From Paraspadella gotoi (taxonomy: Eukaryota; Animalia; Chaetognatha), in the NCBI GenBank assembly GCA_051294375.1, contig CM119265.1, positions 1,444,098-1,489,193 of the forward strand: 45,096 nucleotides of DNA, in the 5' to 3' direction. How positions within the stretch are numbered: the stretch's first letter is position 1; the number at the start of each line of letters is the position of its first letter. The notes beneath the pieces are model-generated. The model did no database searches and was not told the DNA's origin. It saw only the letters and a program-made list of their open reading frames with translations. Positions 24,062 through 36,818 of the stretch are shown here, piece by piece. Position numbers and translations under genes: made by a program.

Positions 24062-24800
24062 TGACATTGATAAAGAGGATCCCAGTTGTTTTTGAGTTAA
24101 AAAATCTTGAGCCGGACTCAATTAACACTAAGTTTGATGTCAAACTTCCTTTTTTGGATCGCGTGTTTTTTGTGTGTGTGTGAGAGAGAGAGTGAATGAA
24201 GAATAGAGAGAGAGAGAGAGAGAGAGAGAGAGCAGAGAGCGAGAGAGAGAGAGAGAGAGGAAGAGAGAGAGAGAGTAGAGAGAGACCGAGAGGAGAGCCA
24301 AATAGTCCACATGCTTCGGATGCTCAGTCTAATCGTGGGAGGACGAAGAGGAGGAGGAGGAAGAGGAGGAGGAGGAGCGAAATCTGACAAAAACGAAATC
24401 AACTAAAAAATAAAAAACTTTTAAACATCGAAAACTAGACTCAAAATATGTAAACAAATCAAGAATAATTAATAAAAAAAAGTATTAAGGAAGTTCAAAA
24501 TAAAAAATTTCTCTAATTGGTCTGTCAGTCTGCTTATATCTGTCTTCTGTTTGTGTTTCTTTATGTTTGTATGTATGTCTGTTGATCGGTTTTTACGATC
24601 CGTCAATCAATCAATCAATATCTTAGAGACGATTTCATATCAAACAAAAAATGGTCAATTTAAAATTTTGTTTTACTTCCGAAAGATGTCGCAATAGTAA
24701 ACTATTTTAAAACAATTTCATGCGTTTTATATATTTTTGTGTCAATATTAGTTCGTGAGAAAGTTTATCCTGTTGCTATTTTGTCTCTTTTTTATTTCAG

Positions 24801-24874
24801 CCTCGGATTCGTCGACTGACGGCGGCGCCACGTGTCCGACACGAAGAGAGGAAGTGGACAGAAGATGCGGAAAG
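24801..24874 (+). CDS. lev-9: LEV-9/Hasp-like protein, coding exon 2 (ASDSSTDGGATCPTRREEVDRRCGK; start of WAP domain)
   Basis: Acceptor ttttttatttcag|, donor AAG|gtcggt. Phase 1 in, phase 0 out. GC-rich open frame with two Cys. Confidence 0.8.
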
Positions 24875-25034
24875 GTCGGTCAGTCTGTCTGTTTATCTGT
24901 CTGTCTGTCTATCATGGGTAATACTTTACCAATTTAATTTATATTCGGTATGATAACACTGGACCTTTAACGTGCATATATATCGTATTTATTTGAATAT
25001 GATTAGAATTAGTGTTCTGGTTTTTGGTTTTTTT

Positions 25035-25868
25035 TTATCTTTTCCTTTTCTGCTTTACTTTCCCTCTTTTTTTTCCTTCTTTCTTTTTCTTCTTTCCTTC
25101 TTTCCTTCTTTTCTTTCCTTCCTTTCCTTCCTCTCCTTTTCTTCTTTCCTTCATTTCTTTCCTTCCTTTCCTTCCTCTCCTTTTCTTCTTTCCTTTCCTT
25201 CTTTCCTTTCCTTCTTTCCTTCTTTCCTTCCTTTCCTTTCCTTCTTCTTTTTTTTCCTTCTTTCTTTTCCTTCTTTCCTTCTTTCTTTCCTTTCCTTCCT
25301 TTCCTTCCTTTCCTTCCTTTCCTTTCCTTCATCTTTTCCTTTCCTTCTTTTTTTTCCTTCTTTCCTTTCCTTTCATCTTTTCTTTTCCTTCTTTCCTTTC
25401 TTTCTTTCCTTCCTTTCCTTCTTTCCTTCCTTTCCTTCCTTTCCTTTATTTCCTTTCTTTCCTTCCTTTCCTTCCATTCGTTCCATTCCTTCTTTTCCTT
25501 TCCTTCCTATCCTTTCCTTTCATCTTTTCTCTTCCTTCTTTCTTTTCCTTCTTTCCTTCTTTCTTTTCCTTCTTTCCTTCCTTTCCTTTCCTTCATATTT
25601 TCTTTTCCTTCTTTCTTTTCCTTCTTTCCTTCTTTTCTTTCCTTCATCTTTTCTTTTCCTTCTTTCTTTTCCTTTTTTCCTTCTTTCCTTACCTTCTTTC
25701 CTTCCTTTCCTTTCCTTCATATTTTCTTTTCCTTCTTTCTTTTCCTTCTTTCCTTCTTTCCTTTCCTTTCATCTTTTCTTTTCCTTCTTTTTTTTCCTTC
25801 TTTTCTTCTTTTCTTTCTTTCTTTCCTTCCTTTTCTTTCCTTCATCTTTTCCTTTCCTTCTTTTCTCC
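25035..25868 (+). repeat. ~830-bp polypyrimidine (TTCC/TTTC)n tract filling most of an intron
   Basis: Direct reading. It runs into the acceptor at 25869-25870. Confidence 0.9.
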
Positions 25869-25870
25869 AG

Positions 25871-25955
25871 GCCTGCGCGGAGGAAAGCGATTGCAAAGGA
25901 AAGAGAAAGCGATGTCTCTGCGACGGTCACTGTGGAATGTCTTGCGTCAACCCGA
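25871..25955 (+). CDS. lev-9: LEV-9/Hasp-like protein, coding exon 3 (ACAEESDCKGKRKRCLCDGHCGMSCVNP; WAP four-disulfide core)
   Basis: Acceptor ttttctccag|, donor A|gtgagt (phase 1). Completes an 8-Cys WAP domain with the CxCDGxCGxSCxxP variant I recall from C. elegans LEV-9 and Drosophila Hasp. Confidence 0.85.
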
Positions 25956-26183
25956 GTGAGTACCGTTGCACAGTGAATTCGGATAAGAAACCGCACAGTG
26001 AATCGAAACGAGAAAAGATTTTTGACCCAAATCGAGATGAAAAGAATTTTTTTTTTTTTTTTNNNNNNNNNNNNNNNNNNNNNNNNNGAAATGAAAATAA
26101 CTTTCTTTTTTAGAAGAAAATGTCGATGGGAGTTTTTTTTTTTGGCCTTTTAGAGAGAGGAGGAGAGAAGAAAGAGAAGAGAG

Positions 26184-26225
<42 letters not shown>

Positions 26226-27106
26226 CGAGAGAGAGAGAGATATAAGAGAGAGAGGAACATGGAATCAAAAGAGAAGAAGATCGGGTCTCATCACTTCAAG
26301 ATCAAAACTCTTTTCGATTTTATTTCTTCAAAATTACAAAGTCAGTGTGTATTAGTATCAAGTTATTATTTATTTTTGTAATTTATTCTGTGTTGTTTAT
26401 TTGTTTAGGCCTATTTGTTTATATTCATAACTTGTTTTAGCATTCAGTTGTTGTTTTTTTCATCCATGTATTGTATTGGGGTGCTAGTAAGAAGTGAAAA
26501 GGGTTAACGCCCCTCCCGATGTTGGGAGTTTTTTGTGTCGCCGGACTGAATGAGGGAAGACGTCGTTTTTTTGTAGGGCGATTCAGTCTTGATATCTTGC
26601 TCATCTGCTTCTCTCTCCTGTCGTCACTCGCTCGGTCTCGCTCCTCCTTGTCCGTCCGGTCATCTGCTCCGTCCGTGACGCGATCTGTCTCTTTTCGTCT
26701 CTGGCTCTTGGCTGTGTGCTTTCTCTTCCCTCTCTCTCTCTCAATAGCCGTCAGTCATCTCTCCTCCCACTCACTCTTCCGTGACGATCCCTCACTCCTT
26801 TTTCGTCCACAGGCGAACGTTTTCGCCGCGCGAGAGAGAGAGAGATAAAAAGAGAGAGAACATGAATCAAAAGAGAAGATGAAGGTCATACATCAAATCA
26901 AACTCTTTTCGATTTTATTTCTCAAATTACAAAGTCATGTATTTATTCATTTATTTATTTATTTTTTAATTTATTTGTTTGTTTATTTGTTTAGCTATTT
27001 GTTTATTTATAACTTGTTTACTTATTTTGTTTTTTTCATTTATTTATTGGTCTATAAAAGTACCATGATTCTCCGGACTAATGAGACGTCGTTTTTTGTA
27101 GCACAA

Positions 27107-27442
<336 letters not shown>

Positions 27443-27834
27443 GTCAGTTTCTGTATCGACCGAGATAATAAGGATTTTCTTCTCTTCGTCTTTTTAGTCG
27501 AATTTGTTTTTCTTAAAAAGGATTTTGTCATCATCTGTCATCATCTGTCATTGTCATCATCATCAGCGTCGTTGTCATTCTCGCCGTCTTAACCATTGTC
27601 ATTAACTCGTCATCATTTGATTTTATTTGAGCCTAAACTTTTTGACTTGTGGGACGTGACATGAGACGTGATTTGTGACATGTGATTTGTGACATGAGAT
27701 ATTTGATTTGTGACTTGTCGCACATAGTCCGACATACGTCCGTCTTGGTAGGAGTTGTATTCAGAAACAGTGGAAGAATTAAAGATCATTTGTGAATCAA
27801 GATTCATTCCGCGAATAAAAGTCTGGATCTATTT

Positions 27835-27960
27835 TAAATCAGCGACCGTAAACCGAGCTTGGGATCGTACTCGACATCCCCAGCTTGGTACCAAGTCCCT
27901 GGCTGCGATTGGGGCGTCATCTCCGGCAGACTTGAACCGCTGTTGTACTAAGTACGGGAT
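27835..27960 (-). mobile_element. Possible tRNA-derived SINE head
   Basis: GC-rich island. The - strand shows a weak A-box (tagtacaacagcgg) and a degenerate B-box (gagtacgatccc). Confidence 0.25.
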
Positions 27961-27982
27961 TAAATATAAAATCCTAAAATTC

Positions 27983-28399
27983 GGGCCTTATTTTCCCAGA
28001 ACGACCCATTTTTAAATTATTTTAGATTAGGTGAAAAGTTAAGAATTAAGGATTTAGGTTAAGTATTAGGCCAATTAATAAAAGTATTGATTAGTTTAAT
28101 TATTAGGGTTATAGATTCGGATTAGGGACTAAGGTTTAAGGTTAGGGGTTAAGGTTAGCTATTAAGTGTTTAAAGTTAGGGCTTAGGATTAGAGTTAGGG
28201 CTTAGGATTAGTGCTTAGGATTAGGGCTTAGGGTTAAGGCTTAGAATTAGGTTTAGGGATTAGGATTAGGGCTTTGGATTAGGGTTAGGGGTTAGGATTA
28301 GGTCTTAGGATTAGGGCTTAAGATTAGAGTTAGGAATTAGATTATTTTAAAAGCATATTTGAGATAGATATTAATGTGGGGCTTTGAGAATAGAGAGCC
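27983..28399 (+). mobile_element. Family C TIR-MITE with telomere-like (TTAGGG/TTAGGA/TTAGGGC) array
   Basis: 5' GGGCCTTATTTTCCCAGAACGACCCATTT, 3' gagaatagagagcc, internal array at 28020-28345. Confidence 0.75.
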
Positions 28400-28689
28400 G
28401 AAATTCTCAGTCAACTTCTTTCAACCAAAATCTCGACGCTGATGGTCAAAAACTTTTTCGTTGCTAAAGAAAAAAAGAAAAAGAGAATCGATTTCGAGTC
28501 AAAAATTTGGACTCTGATTTTCTCTTCTTGTTTTCTTTTTCTGTTTGTTGTTTTGTTTGTTTTTTTACGTTCCTTTGTTTCTTTTACTCCCTTAGTCTAA
28601 GAATCGTTATTTTTGTTGTTATCTAATTTTGACAGTTTGTATGTTAAACCAGTCTTAATATCATTGTTGTCATAATCGACTTATCTTAG

Positions 28690-28691
28690 TT

Positions 28692-28723
<32 letters not shown>

Positions 28724-28830
28724 CATCATCATCATCATCATCATCATATCATCATCATAATCAACGTCATCAGCATCATCATCATCATCATCATATCATC
28801 ATCATATCATCATCATCGTCATCATCATCG

Positions 28831-28877
<47 letters not shown>

Positions 28878-28960
28878 GTCATCATCATCATCATCATCAT
28901 TATCATCATCATCATCATCAGCGTCGTCGTCATCGTCATCATCGTCATCATCATCGTCAT
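28690..28960. repeat. Compound (GTTGTC)n/(CAT)n microsatellite
   Basis: Direct reading. Confidence 0.95.
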
Positions 28961-30108
28961 TGCTGTTTGTTTTTAGCAAAGGGCAGTTGTTAAGTCTTAA
29001 GTGCGAGAGTCTATTGATTTCTTCCTCTTCCTCTTCCTCCCCTTTCTTTTCCTCCTCTTCCTCCTCCTCCTGCTCTTCCTCCTCCTCATCATCTTTTACG
29101 CTTTTCAAAAAAACTTTTTTGTGACGATATTTTTTAAAAAGAAAAAAAAATTAGCTTATTTTCTTTTTTGTTTGGTTTTGTCTTTGTTGGTAGTTGTTAT
29201 AGTTGCTGTTATATATAAGGTCTTTGTTCTTGTTGTTTTCGTCACTTTTGTTATTGTTGTTGATAAATTTAAGAGTTAGTGGAAGTTTTACGTTTTTAAC
29301 TTATTATTTAAGAAGGAAAGAATGACAAAAATAAAAAATAGGAAAAAACAAATAATAAATATAAAAGTAAATAAAAAAGATTAAATAAACGAATATTAAC
29401 TACATTAATAAATAAATAAAGACCCATAAAATGATACAAAAAATAAAAGAAAGAAATAACAAAAAAATGAAATAAGGTACGTATAGATAAAATGGAATAC
29501 AATTAAAGAAAATAATATATTTTAATTTTCTTTTTTTATATTTATCTTCTTTATTTTTCCTCTCTATTTCTCATTCTCTTCCCTAATTCATCCTATCTTT
29601 TCCTCTCTATTTCTAATTCTCTTCTCTAATTCACCTTTTCTTCTCCCTTTCCTCTTATTTCTCAATACTTTTTTTCTCTTCATCTCTTCACCTTTCGGAA
29701 ATGTTTTTCCCCGATCGGCTCAGGTCCATTTCATTATGGTTTTTTTCCTTCCTTTTCTTTTTTCATCCTTTGTTTTTTATTCTTTGTTGTTTTTTTCCTT
29801 TCTTTTCCTTTCCTCCCTTTTCAATTTTTTCCTCTTTTCGTCTTTCCATTCCTTTCCTCCCTTTTCTTTCTCTTTTCTTTTTTCCTTTCCTTTCCTTTCC
29901 TTCCTTTCCTTTTCCTAATTTCTCCTTTCCTTTCCTCCCTTTTCTTTCTCTTTTCTTCTTTCCTTTCCTTTCCTTCCTTTCCTTTTCCTAATTCCTTCTT
30001 TCCTTTCCTCCCTTTTCATCTTTCCTCCTTTTCCTATTTCCTATTTTTTTCTGATCACCCTTCGGGCAATGAGAACACAACCCTCGTATGTTTCAAGGTT
30101 TTCTAATA

Positions 30109-30109
<1 letters not shown>

Positions 30110-30146
<37 letters not shown>

Positions 30147-30575
30147 CTAGATCTTTCTCTCTCTTTTCTCTCTCTCTCTCTTCCCTCTTTTCTCTCCTCT
30201 CTCTCCCTCTTTCTCTCTCCCTCCCTGCTTTTCTCTCTTTCTCTCGCCTCTTTCTCTCTCCTCTTCTCTCTCTCTCCTCATCCTCTCTCTTCTCTCTTCC
30301 TCTGCTCTTTCTCCTTTCATTCCTCTTCTCTCTCTCTCTTTCTCTCTCTCTCTCCTCCCTCTCTTTCTCTCTTTCTCTCCCCTCCTTTTTTCCTCTCTCT
30401 TCTTTCCTCGCCCTTTCCTCTCCCTCTCTCTCTCTCCCTCTCTCTTTCTCTCCCTTTCATTCTCCCTTCTCCTCTCTTCTCTCTCTCTCTCTCTGCTCTC
30501 TCTCTCTCTGCTCCCCTCTTCTCTCTATCCATCCCTTCTCTCTCCCTCTCTCCCACATCTCTCTCTCTCTTCCTC

Positions 30576-30616
<41 letters not shown>

Positions 30617-30692
30617 CTCTCTCCTCTCTCTCTTCTCTCTCTCTGTCTCTCTCTCTCTCTCTCTCTCGCTCTCTTCTCTTTCTCTCTCTCCT
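30110..30692. repeat. Degenerate (CT)n polypyrimidine tract
   Basis: Direct reading. Confidence 0.9.
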
Positions 30693-31502
30693 TCCGCCCC
30701 CGCCCGCTAGATGAATCTTCGGTTTTTTCTCTCCTCTAATTCGACTTCGCCGTACGGACGACGACGACGATGATAACGACGACGACGACGACGACGATGC
30801 AGACACGCCGACGCCCGTTTGTCGGGGGATAGTTGGCAGTTGTTGTGGTTGTTATCCTCTTTCTTCTCTTGATTTTATTGCGTTTGATTTTTGACTTTGT
30901 TGCTTTTATCAATTCTTTTTATCTTTTTGTTCATTGTCATAACAATCGTCATCATCATCATCATCATCATCATCATCGTCATCTTCACCATCATCGTCAT
31001 CATCATGGCGCCATTTGACCCTCGGTTTCGCCATTTTTCCCGACCACCGCAAAATCACCAGCAGCTTTTAATCGTCCTTTCTCTCTCTCCTCTCGTCTCC
31101 TCCTCTCCACACATTCCGACTCTCCCATCTCTCTCTTCTCTCTCATCTCTCTCAATCTTCTCTCCATCCTACTCTCTCCTCTTCCTCTCTCTCTCTCTCT
31201 CTCTCCTCTCTCTCATCTCATCCGCCTCCACTCATCCGACTCTACTCTCAATAGTATCCACGGGTCCGAAAGAAGGCGAAGTCTCACTCTAACTGTAAAA
31301 ACTCGTGAATGTATTTTTTTTACAAATATAGTAGTAATATTATTCTTTTTGGATTCTTCCCATTAATGTATGAAGATTATATTCCCAAACTTTTTTTTTG
31401 ACTGGCGCTAATTTGATTCGTTGTTGAGAATGGTTAGTTGATCTTGTTGCCTAAGAATGTACAGAAGTCAGAATGTATGTATTTATATAATATAATATTA
31501 GT

Positions 31503-31731
31503 ATAACCAATTTAAAATTTATCCATTCTTTTAATAAATAAAAAGCTAATATAACTCTGGATATAATATTGTAGTTTAATGCCCCCATCGCTCTTACAAG
31601 ATAATGACATAGCAGGTCCCTGCAAGCTTTCAATCAAGACTCTTTCACAGTCTCGTTTATTCACTCCCAGAGTGCCTGGCTTCCTTATAAATGAAGTGAT
31701 ATAATATTTCAAAGAATGTTTCAATTGTATG
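31503..31731 (-). mobile_element. Family A dispersed repeat, copy 4 (near full length)
   Basis: ctcttacaagataatgacatagcaggtccctgcaagctttcaatcaagactc…cagtctcgtttattcactcccag…aatgaagtg…ttcaaagaatgtttcaattgtat. Confidence 0.8.
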
Positions 31732-32700
31732 AAAAGATCACTCCCTGAAATATATCAGAATGTCAGTAAGTATGTCACTATGTCAGTAAAAAACTTTCTT
31801 TAAAACAACGAATTTCAACCTTAGCATTAAATGTTTAAGCAATTTCATTTAAAAACTTATATGAAGAAATAAAAGTTTATGAGAAAAAAAGTAAACATTT
31901 TTGTAAGAATTTTTAAAATTCCGTAAATTAAAACGTCTCGGTTATTAAGCAGGCGTCACTGTAGCTCCTCCCTGACACGCGACGAGACGGTTTTATTGGG
32001 TGACGACTGTAGTAGTTTTTCGGACTTTTATGCGAAGTTAAATGTCTACGACTGTAACGTTAGGGCGGAGCAAGATTTGAAAGTTAAGGCGGATTGTTAG
32101 AAATAGGGAAGAAGGGAAAGAAAAAAAGAAAGAAAGAAAGAAAGAAAGAAAGNNNNNNNNNNNNNNNNNNNNNNNNNNNNNNNNNNNNNNNNNNNNNNNN
32201 NNNNNNNNNNNNNNNNNNNNNNNNNNNNNNNNNNNNNNNNNNNNNNNNNNNNNNNNNNNNNNNNNNNNNNNNNNNNNNNNNNNNNNNNNNNNNNNNNNNN
32301 NNNNNNNNNNNNNNNNNNNNNNNNNNNNNNNNNNNNNNNNNNNNNNAGAAAGAAAGAAAGAAAAAAAGAAAGAAAGAAAGAAAGGATGGAAAAAGAAAGA
32401 AAGAAAGTAAAAAGAAACTTTAAAAGAGGAACATTAACTTCAAAATGGTCATATCTGTCCGTCTGTCTATCTGTGTTTCTAAATGCTCCTTTCTCTATTT
32501 GTCAGTTCGTCTGTCTGAAAGTCTGCGAATTTATGTCTTCACAAATTAATAAATATTTTTAGACGACTTGAAATTTGTGTAAAAATATATTCATTTATTT
32601 ATTAAAAAGCTTTTTTATATTTATTTAAACGACCACAATTCAATCAAATCTAATCAGTAACCTCTGACCGAAAAAAGGAATTTGAGAGAATAAGTGATCA

Positions 32701-32763
<63 letters not shown>

Positions 32764-33402
32764 TTGCAAAGGTCAGGTGACCCACGATGATTGTCCGCTT
32801 GAACGGTCCTCGGAAAAGGGAGAGAGAGAGAGAGAGAGAGAGAGTTGCAAGGTCCATTAATCAGAGGCAGTTCTTCCGATAAGATGCTTCGCGGCGTTTT
32901 TGTTGTTGTTGTTGTCGTTTTGTTGTTGTTCTTGTTGTTGTTCTAGTTGTTGTTCTAGATGTTATTTATTTCTTTGACGTCGAAGTAATTGTTGTGGTTT
33001 TGATGTTGTATTCGTCGTTGATGTAGAAGCGCGCGCTGTTGTTGTTGTCATTTAATTAGTCAATGTGATTGATTGCAAGATCGATTGATTGATTTAAAAA
33101 TTGAATGTGGGATCGAGCTATCAAATTGTTGTACCATCTTTTCAAATATATAAAAAAATAACATTTGTTAATAGAGGTATCAATGTGACTAAATTTTATT
33201 ACAATCGGTCTTGTGGTTTAAGAGATATGATTTTTTAAACTTGAGTATTCCAAATGTCTATATCTGTAAAATGAACCGAAATTTTAAAATATTTCAATTT
33301 TTTTTATAAAAATATATCTTATAACAAGAAGGTTGTATTCAATTGTAAAAAATTTGATTTTTTGAAATTTGATCATGTCATTGAGCACATATCTAAGAAA
33401 AT

Positions 33403-33497
33403 AAGAAACCTGGACTATTGGGAGTTAAAAAATAGAAAAATAGAAATAGAAATAGAAATAGAAACCTGGACTATTGGGAGTTAAAAAATAGAAAAAC
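33403..33497. repeat. 37-bp direct duplication separated by (TAGAAA)n
   Basis: agaaacctggactattgggagttaaaaaatagaaaaa occurs twice. Confidence 0.85.
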
Positions 33498-34056
33498 GTC
33501 AGCGATGGGTGAAAAATCTGAAGTCGTTTTATCAGATAATTTAGACTCAGTATTTGATCATTTCATTTAACTTCCGTTTTAAATCCGTGTAAAAGCTTTA
33601 GAATCATGGACTTGTCTTTCATCATATGTTTTAATAACCGTAAGACTATTATTTAGGGATCTGGGGTAATCCAGTTATCCAGTTATCCCTCCGGATATCA
33701 AGTGTAATTTTTTTCATTTTTAATCTATTTTATGTATTGAAAAATATCAGAAGAAAAAAGATTAGTCTTAAATCTATCAGATTTTTTCTTGTTCAACAAA
33801 TGATACTTATTCTTCTTGCTCTTTTTTTTTTTCTTTCATTCTTTCTTTATATGAATTTGTCTTTCTTGCTCTCTCTGTTTCGCTTTTTTTTTCTCTCTCT
33901 CTTGCTTTCTTTTCGACTTTCTATTTTTCTTTTTCTTTCTTTATCTTTCTATTTTCCGCTTTCTTTCTCTTTCTATTTCTCTCTTTCTTTCACTTTCCAA
34001 ATCTCACTGGATTCGGATGGTCGCTCTTCCAAAAGAAATGCCATGGATTCCATCTT

Positions 34057-34173
<117 letters not shown>

Positions 34174-34438
34174 TCCCATATATTTCGTTTAACCTTTTGT
34201 CTAATTTATTTTTTTCTATCTTTCTTTCCGTTTTTTTTTCTCTTTCTCTCACTAATTTTTTCTTTCTCTCTTCCTAATTTTTCCCTTTTTTCTCATTTTT
34301 TTCCCTTTAATTTTTCTTTTTCATTATTTTCTCGTTTTTTCCCTTTCGTTTTCTCTCGTTTTTTGTTTTAAATGTTTTGTTTTTGTTTTGTTTTTATCCT
34401 CATTTTTATTCTAATCGTGAAAAGTTGACTTTCGTCGT

Positions 34439-34472
<34 letters not shown>

Positions 34473-35056
34473 TTCGCCCCTCCAACCGATAAATTGGAGG
34501 GTTCTCGTCTCTTTTGACACAACGACGAAAAATAAGACGATGACGACGACGAAAACGACGACGAAAACGTGAAAAACGACGACGAGACAAAAGCGACGTT
34601 GACTACAACGAAAACGACAATGACGACGACGAAAACGACAAAAACGACGAAAACTACGATGACGACGACAACAACAGCGATTATCCCAATAATAGGAGAT
34701 GACAAAAAAGATGACAGTGAGTTTATAACGAAACTGTGATAACAAAAAATTAACGACAATGATTTTAATTGCAAAAACAATAAAAATTTGAATCATGAAA
34801 AAAAAACAAATTAAATTAGCCCAGTGAACGATTATGGTTTGATAAGTTAACTATGAAAATAAAATGATAAGTGAAGATGATATTGACGTTCAATAAAGCA
34901 ACAACAACAACAACATAAACCAATCGAAAAAATTCCAAACAACAAAATTAGGATGGAATTTTTTTTGGAAAAACGAATAATATTTTACTGTTCAAGCTTC
35001 GTATTATATTATAATATTGACAGGATTTTCGTCTTATATGTATGTATATTATATGG

Positions 35057-35438
35057 ATGAAATTGGTACAACCAATATAAAAATTATCCATTCATTTAAT
35101 AAACAAGATATCTTGCCCCTGACTTTGGACAGGCTTTGGTGGTTTAAGGCCTCCATCACTCTTACAAGATACTTTTACAAGATACAAGATACAAGATACT
35201 CTTACAAGATACAAGATACTCTTACAATATTTAAGAAAATGGTCCTTTAATACAATTAAAACATTCTTTGAAAAAATGTACTACTTCATTGTAGGGAAGC
35301 CGGGTAATCTGGGAGTGAATAAACGAGATTGTGTGAGAGTCTTGATTGAAAGCTTGCTATGTCATTATCTTGTAAGAGTGAAATAAGCCTTAAACCAAAA
35401 AAGCCTGTTCAAAGTCAGGGGCAAGATAGCTTATTTAT
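35057..35438. mobile_element. Inverted pair of family A repeats (copy 5 on -, copy 6 on +) with a TACAAGA-type tandem scar between them
   Basis: 35057-35170 is reverse-complementary to the family A 3' half, 35249-35438 is forward, and 35159-35227 reiterates ctcttacaagata/caagata. Confidence 0.8.
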
Positions 35439-35827
35439 GGATTTTTTTTAAAACCGCATTTAAATTTATTATTTTTCTTCTCTTTTTCCTCCTATTTACT
35501 GTTTGTATAATTAAAGATCCAAAAACCTGTAATTTAGATAATGTCTACTAACATACAGACCGTCCAGCTTCATAATAATTCGTGTCTCTCGCCACAACTA
35601 AAAAAATATTAGTCAAACTAAAACCAAAACTTTTTTCTCTTTTCTCTTTTTTTTTGTGGCTTCTGCCTCTCTCTTCTCTCTCTTCCTCTCGTTCTGTCTC
35701 TCCTCATCTCTCTTCTCTCTCTCTCTCTCAACACTCTGTCTATCGCTTTAGCGACCCCATAACAAGTTTGTCATAATAGAGAAGAGACGGAGGGAGGAGC
35801 AGAAGGGTTGGTGTGTGTGTTGATAGC

Positions 35828-35878
<51 letters not shown>

Positions 35879-36000
35879 CAAGGGCAAAAGGCTAATCTAA
35901 AATGATCTGAAAAGAAAGAAAAATAAATTGAAAAAAAATCAACAAAGAAAAAAAAGAAAGAAAGGATTTCTCCCTCAACGAAGGAAGAGACTAAAGGCTC

Positions 36001-36818
36001 GCCAGACGACTTTGCCCTTTGAAAAGTCGATTGCCTTACAACTTCGCCCTTAGGAAAAGCGATCACCAGACGACTTCGCCCTTTGAAAAGTCGATCGCCT
36101 TATGACTTCGCTCTTTGAAAAGTCGATTGCCAGACGACTTTGCCCTTTGAAAAGTCGATCGCCTTATGACTTCGCTCTTTGAAAAGTCGATCGGCAGACG
36201 ACTTCGCCCTTTGAAAAGTCGTTCGCCTTACGACTTCGCTCTTTGAAAAGTCGATCACCTTACGACTTCGCTCTTTGAAAAGTCATCACCATACGACTTT
36301 GCCCTTAGGAAAAGCGATCGCCAGACGACTTCGCCCTTTGAAAAGTCGATCGCCATACGACTTCGCCATTAGGAAAGGCGATTGACATACAACTTCGCTA
36401 ATAGGAAAAGCGATTGCTCCACAACTTCGCCATTAGGAAAGCCGGTCGCCTTACCCCTTTGCCCTTAGGAAAGACGATTGCCTTACTACTTCGCCCTTAG
36501 TAAAGACGTTTGCCTTACGATTTTGCCCTTAGGAAAAGTGATTGCCCTATGACTGTCATTAGGAAAGACTATTGCCTAACAACTTTGCCATAAGGAAAGA
36601 CGATTGCGTTACAACTTTGCCCTTAGAAAAGGCAATTGATTTACAACTTTGCCCTTAGAAAAGGCGATCGCCTTACGAATTCCCCTGTAGGAAAGGCGAC
36701 TGCCCTCTGACTTCGTCATTAGGAAAGACAATTGCCTAACAACTTCGCCGTTAGGAAAGACAATTGCCTTACGACTTCACCCTTAGGAAAGACGATCGCC
36801 TTACGACTTCGCCCTTTG
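36001..36818. repeat. 32-bp hairpin-forming minisatellite, ~25-26 units, two subtypes
   Basis: Units GCC(AG/TT)ACGACTTCGCCCTTTGAAAAGTCGATC (5' half) and GCCTTAC(G/A)ACTTCGCCCTTAGGAAAG(G/A)CGAT(C/T) (3' half). Head-to-tail with no spacers. Confidence 0.92.

Noticed and set aside
24972-25976. 334-aa and 315-aa Phe/Ser/Leu-rich ORFs
   Set aside because: Translations of an intronic pyrimidine tract. The true exon at 25871-25955 is in another frame.
28020-28345. True telomere or chromosome-fusion site
   Set aside because: Degenerate, short, bounded by MITE TIRs, and repeated at several internal loci.
28690-31292. Poly-Ser/His/Asp and SL-repeat ORFs
   Set aside because: Translations of (CAT)n, (CTC)n and (CT)n repeats.
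31935-32095. GC-richer island as the candidate next exon
   Set aside because: No CCP-like Cys/Trp pattern and no convincing phase-1 splice pair.
36001-36818. CRISPR-like array (32-bp palindromic repeats containing TTGAAA)
   Set aside because: Units are head-to-tail with no unique spacers, there are no cas genes, and the context is eukaryotic.
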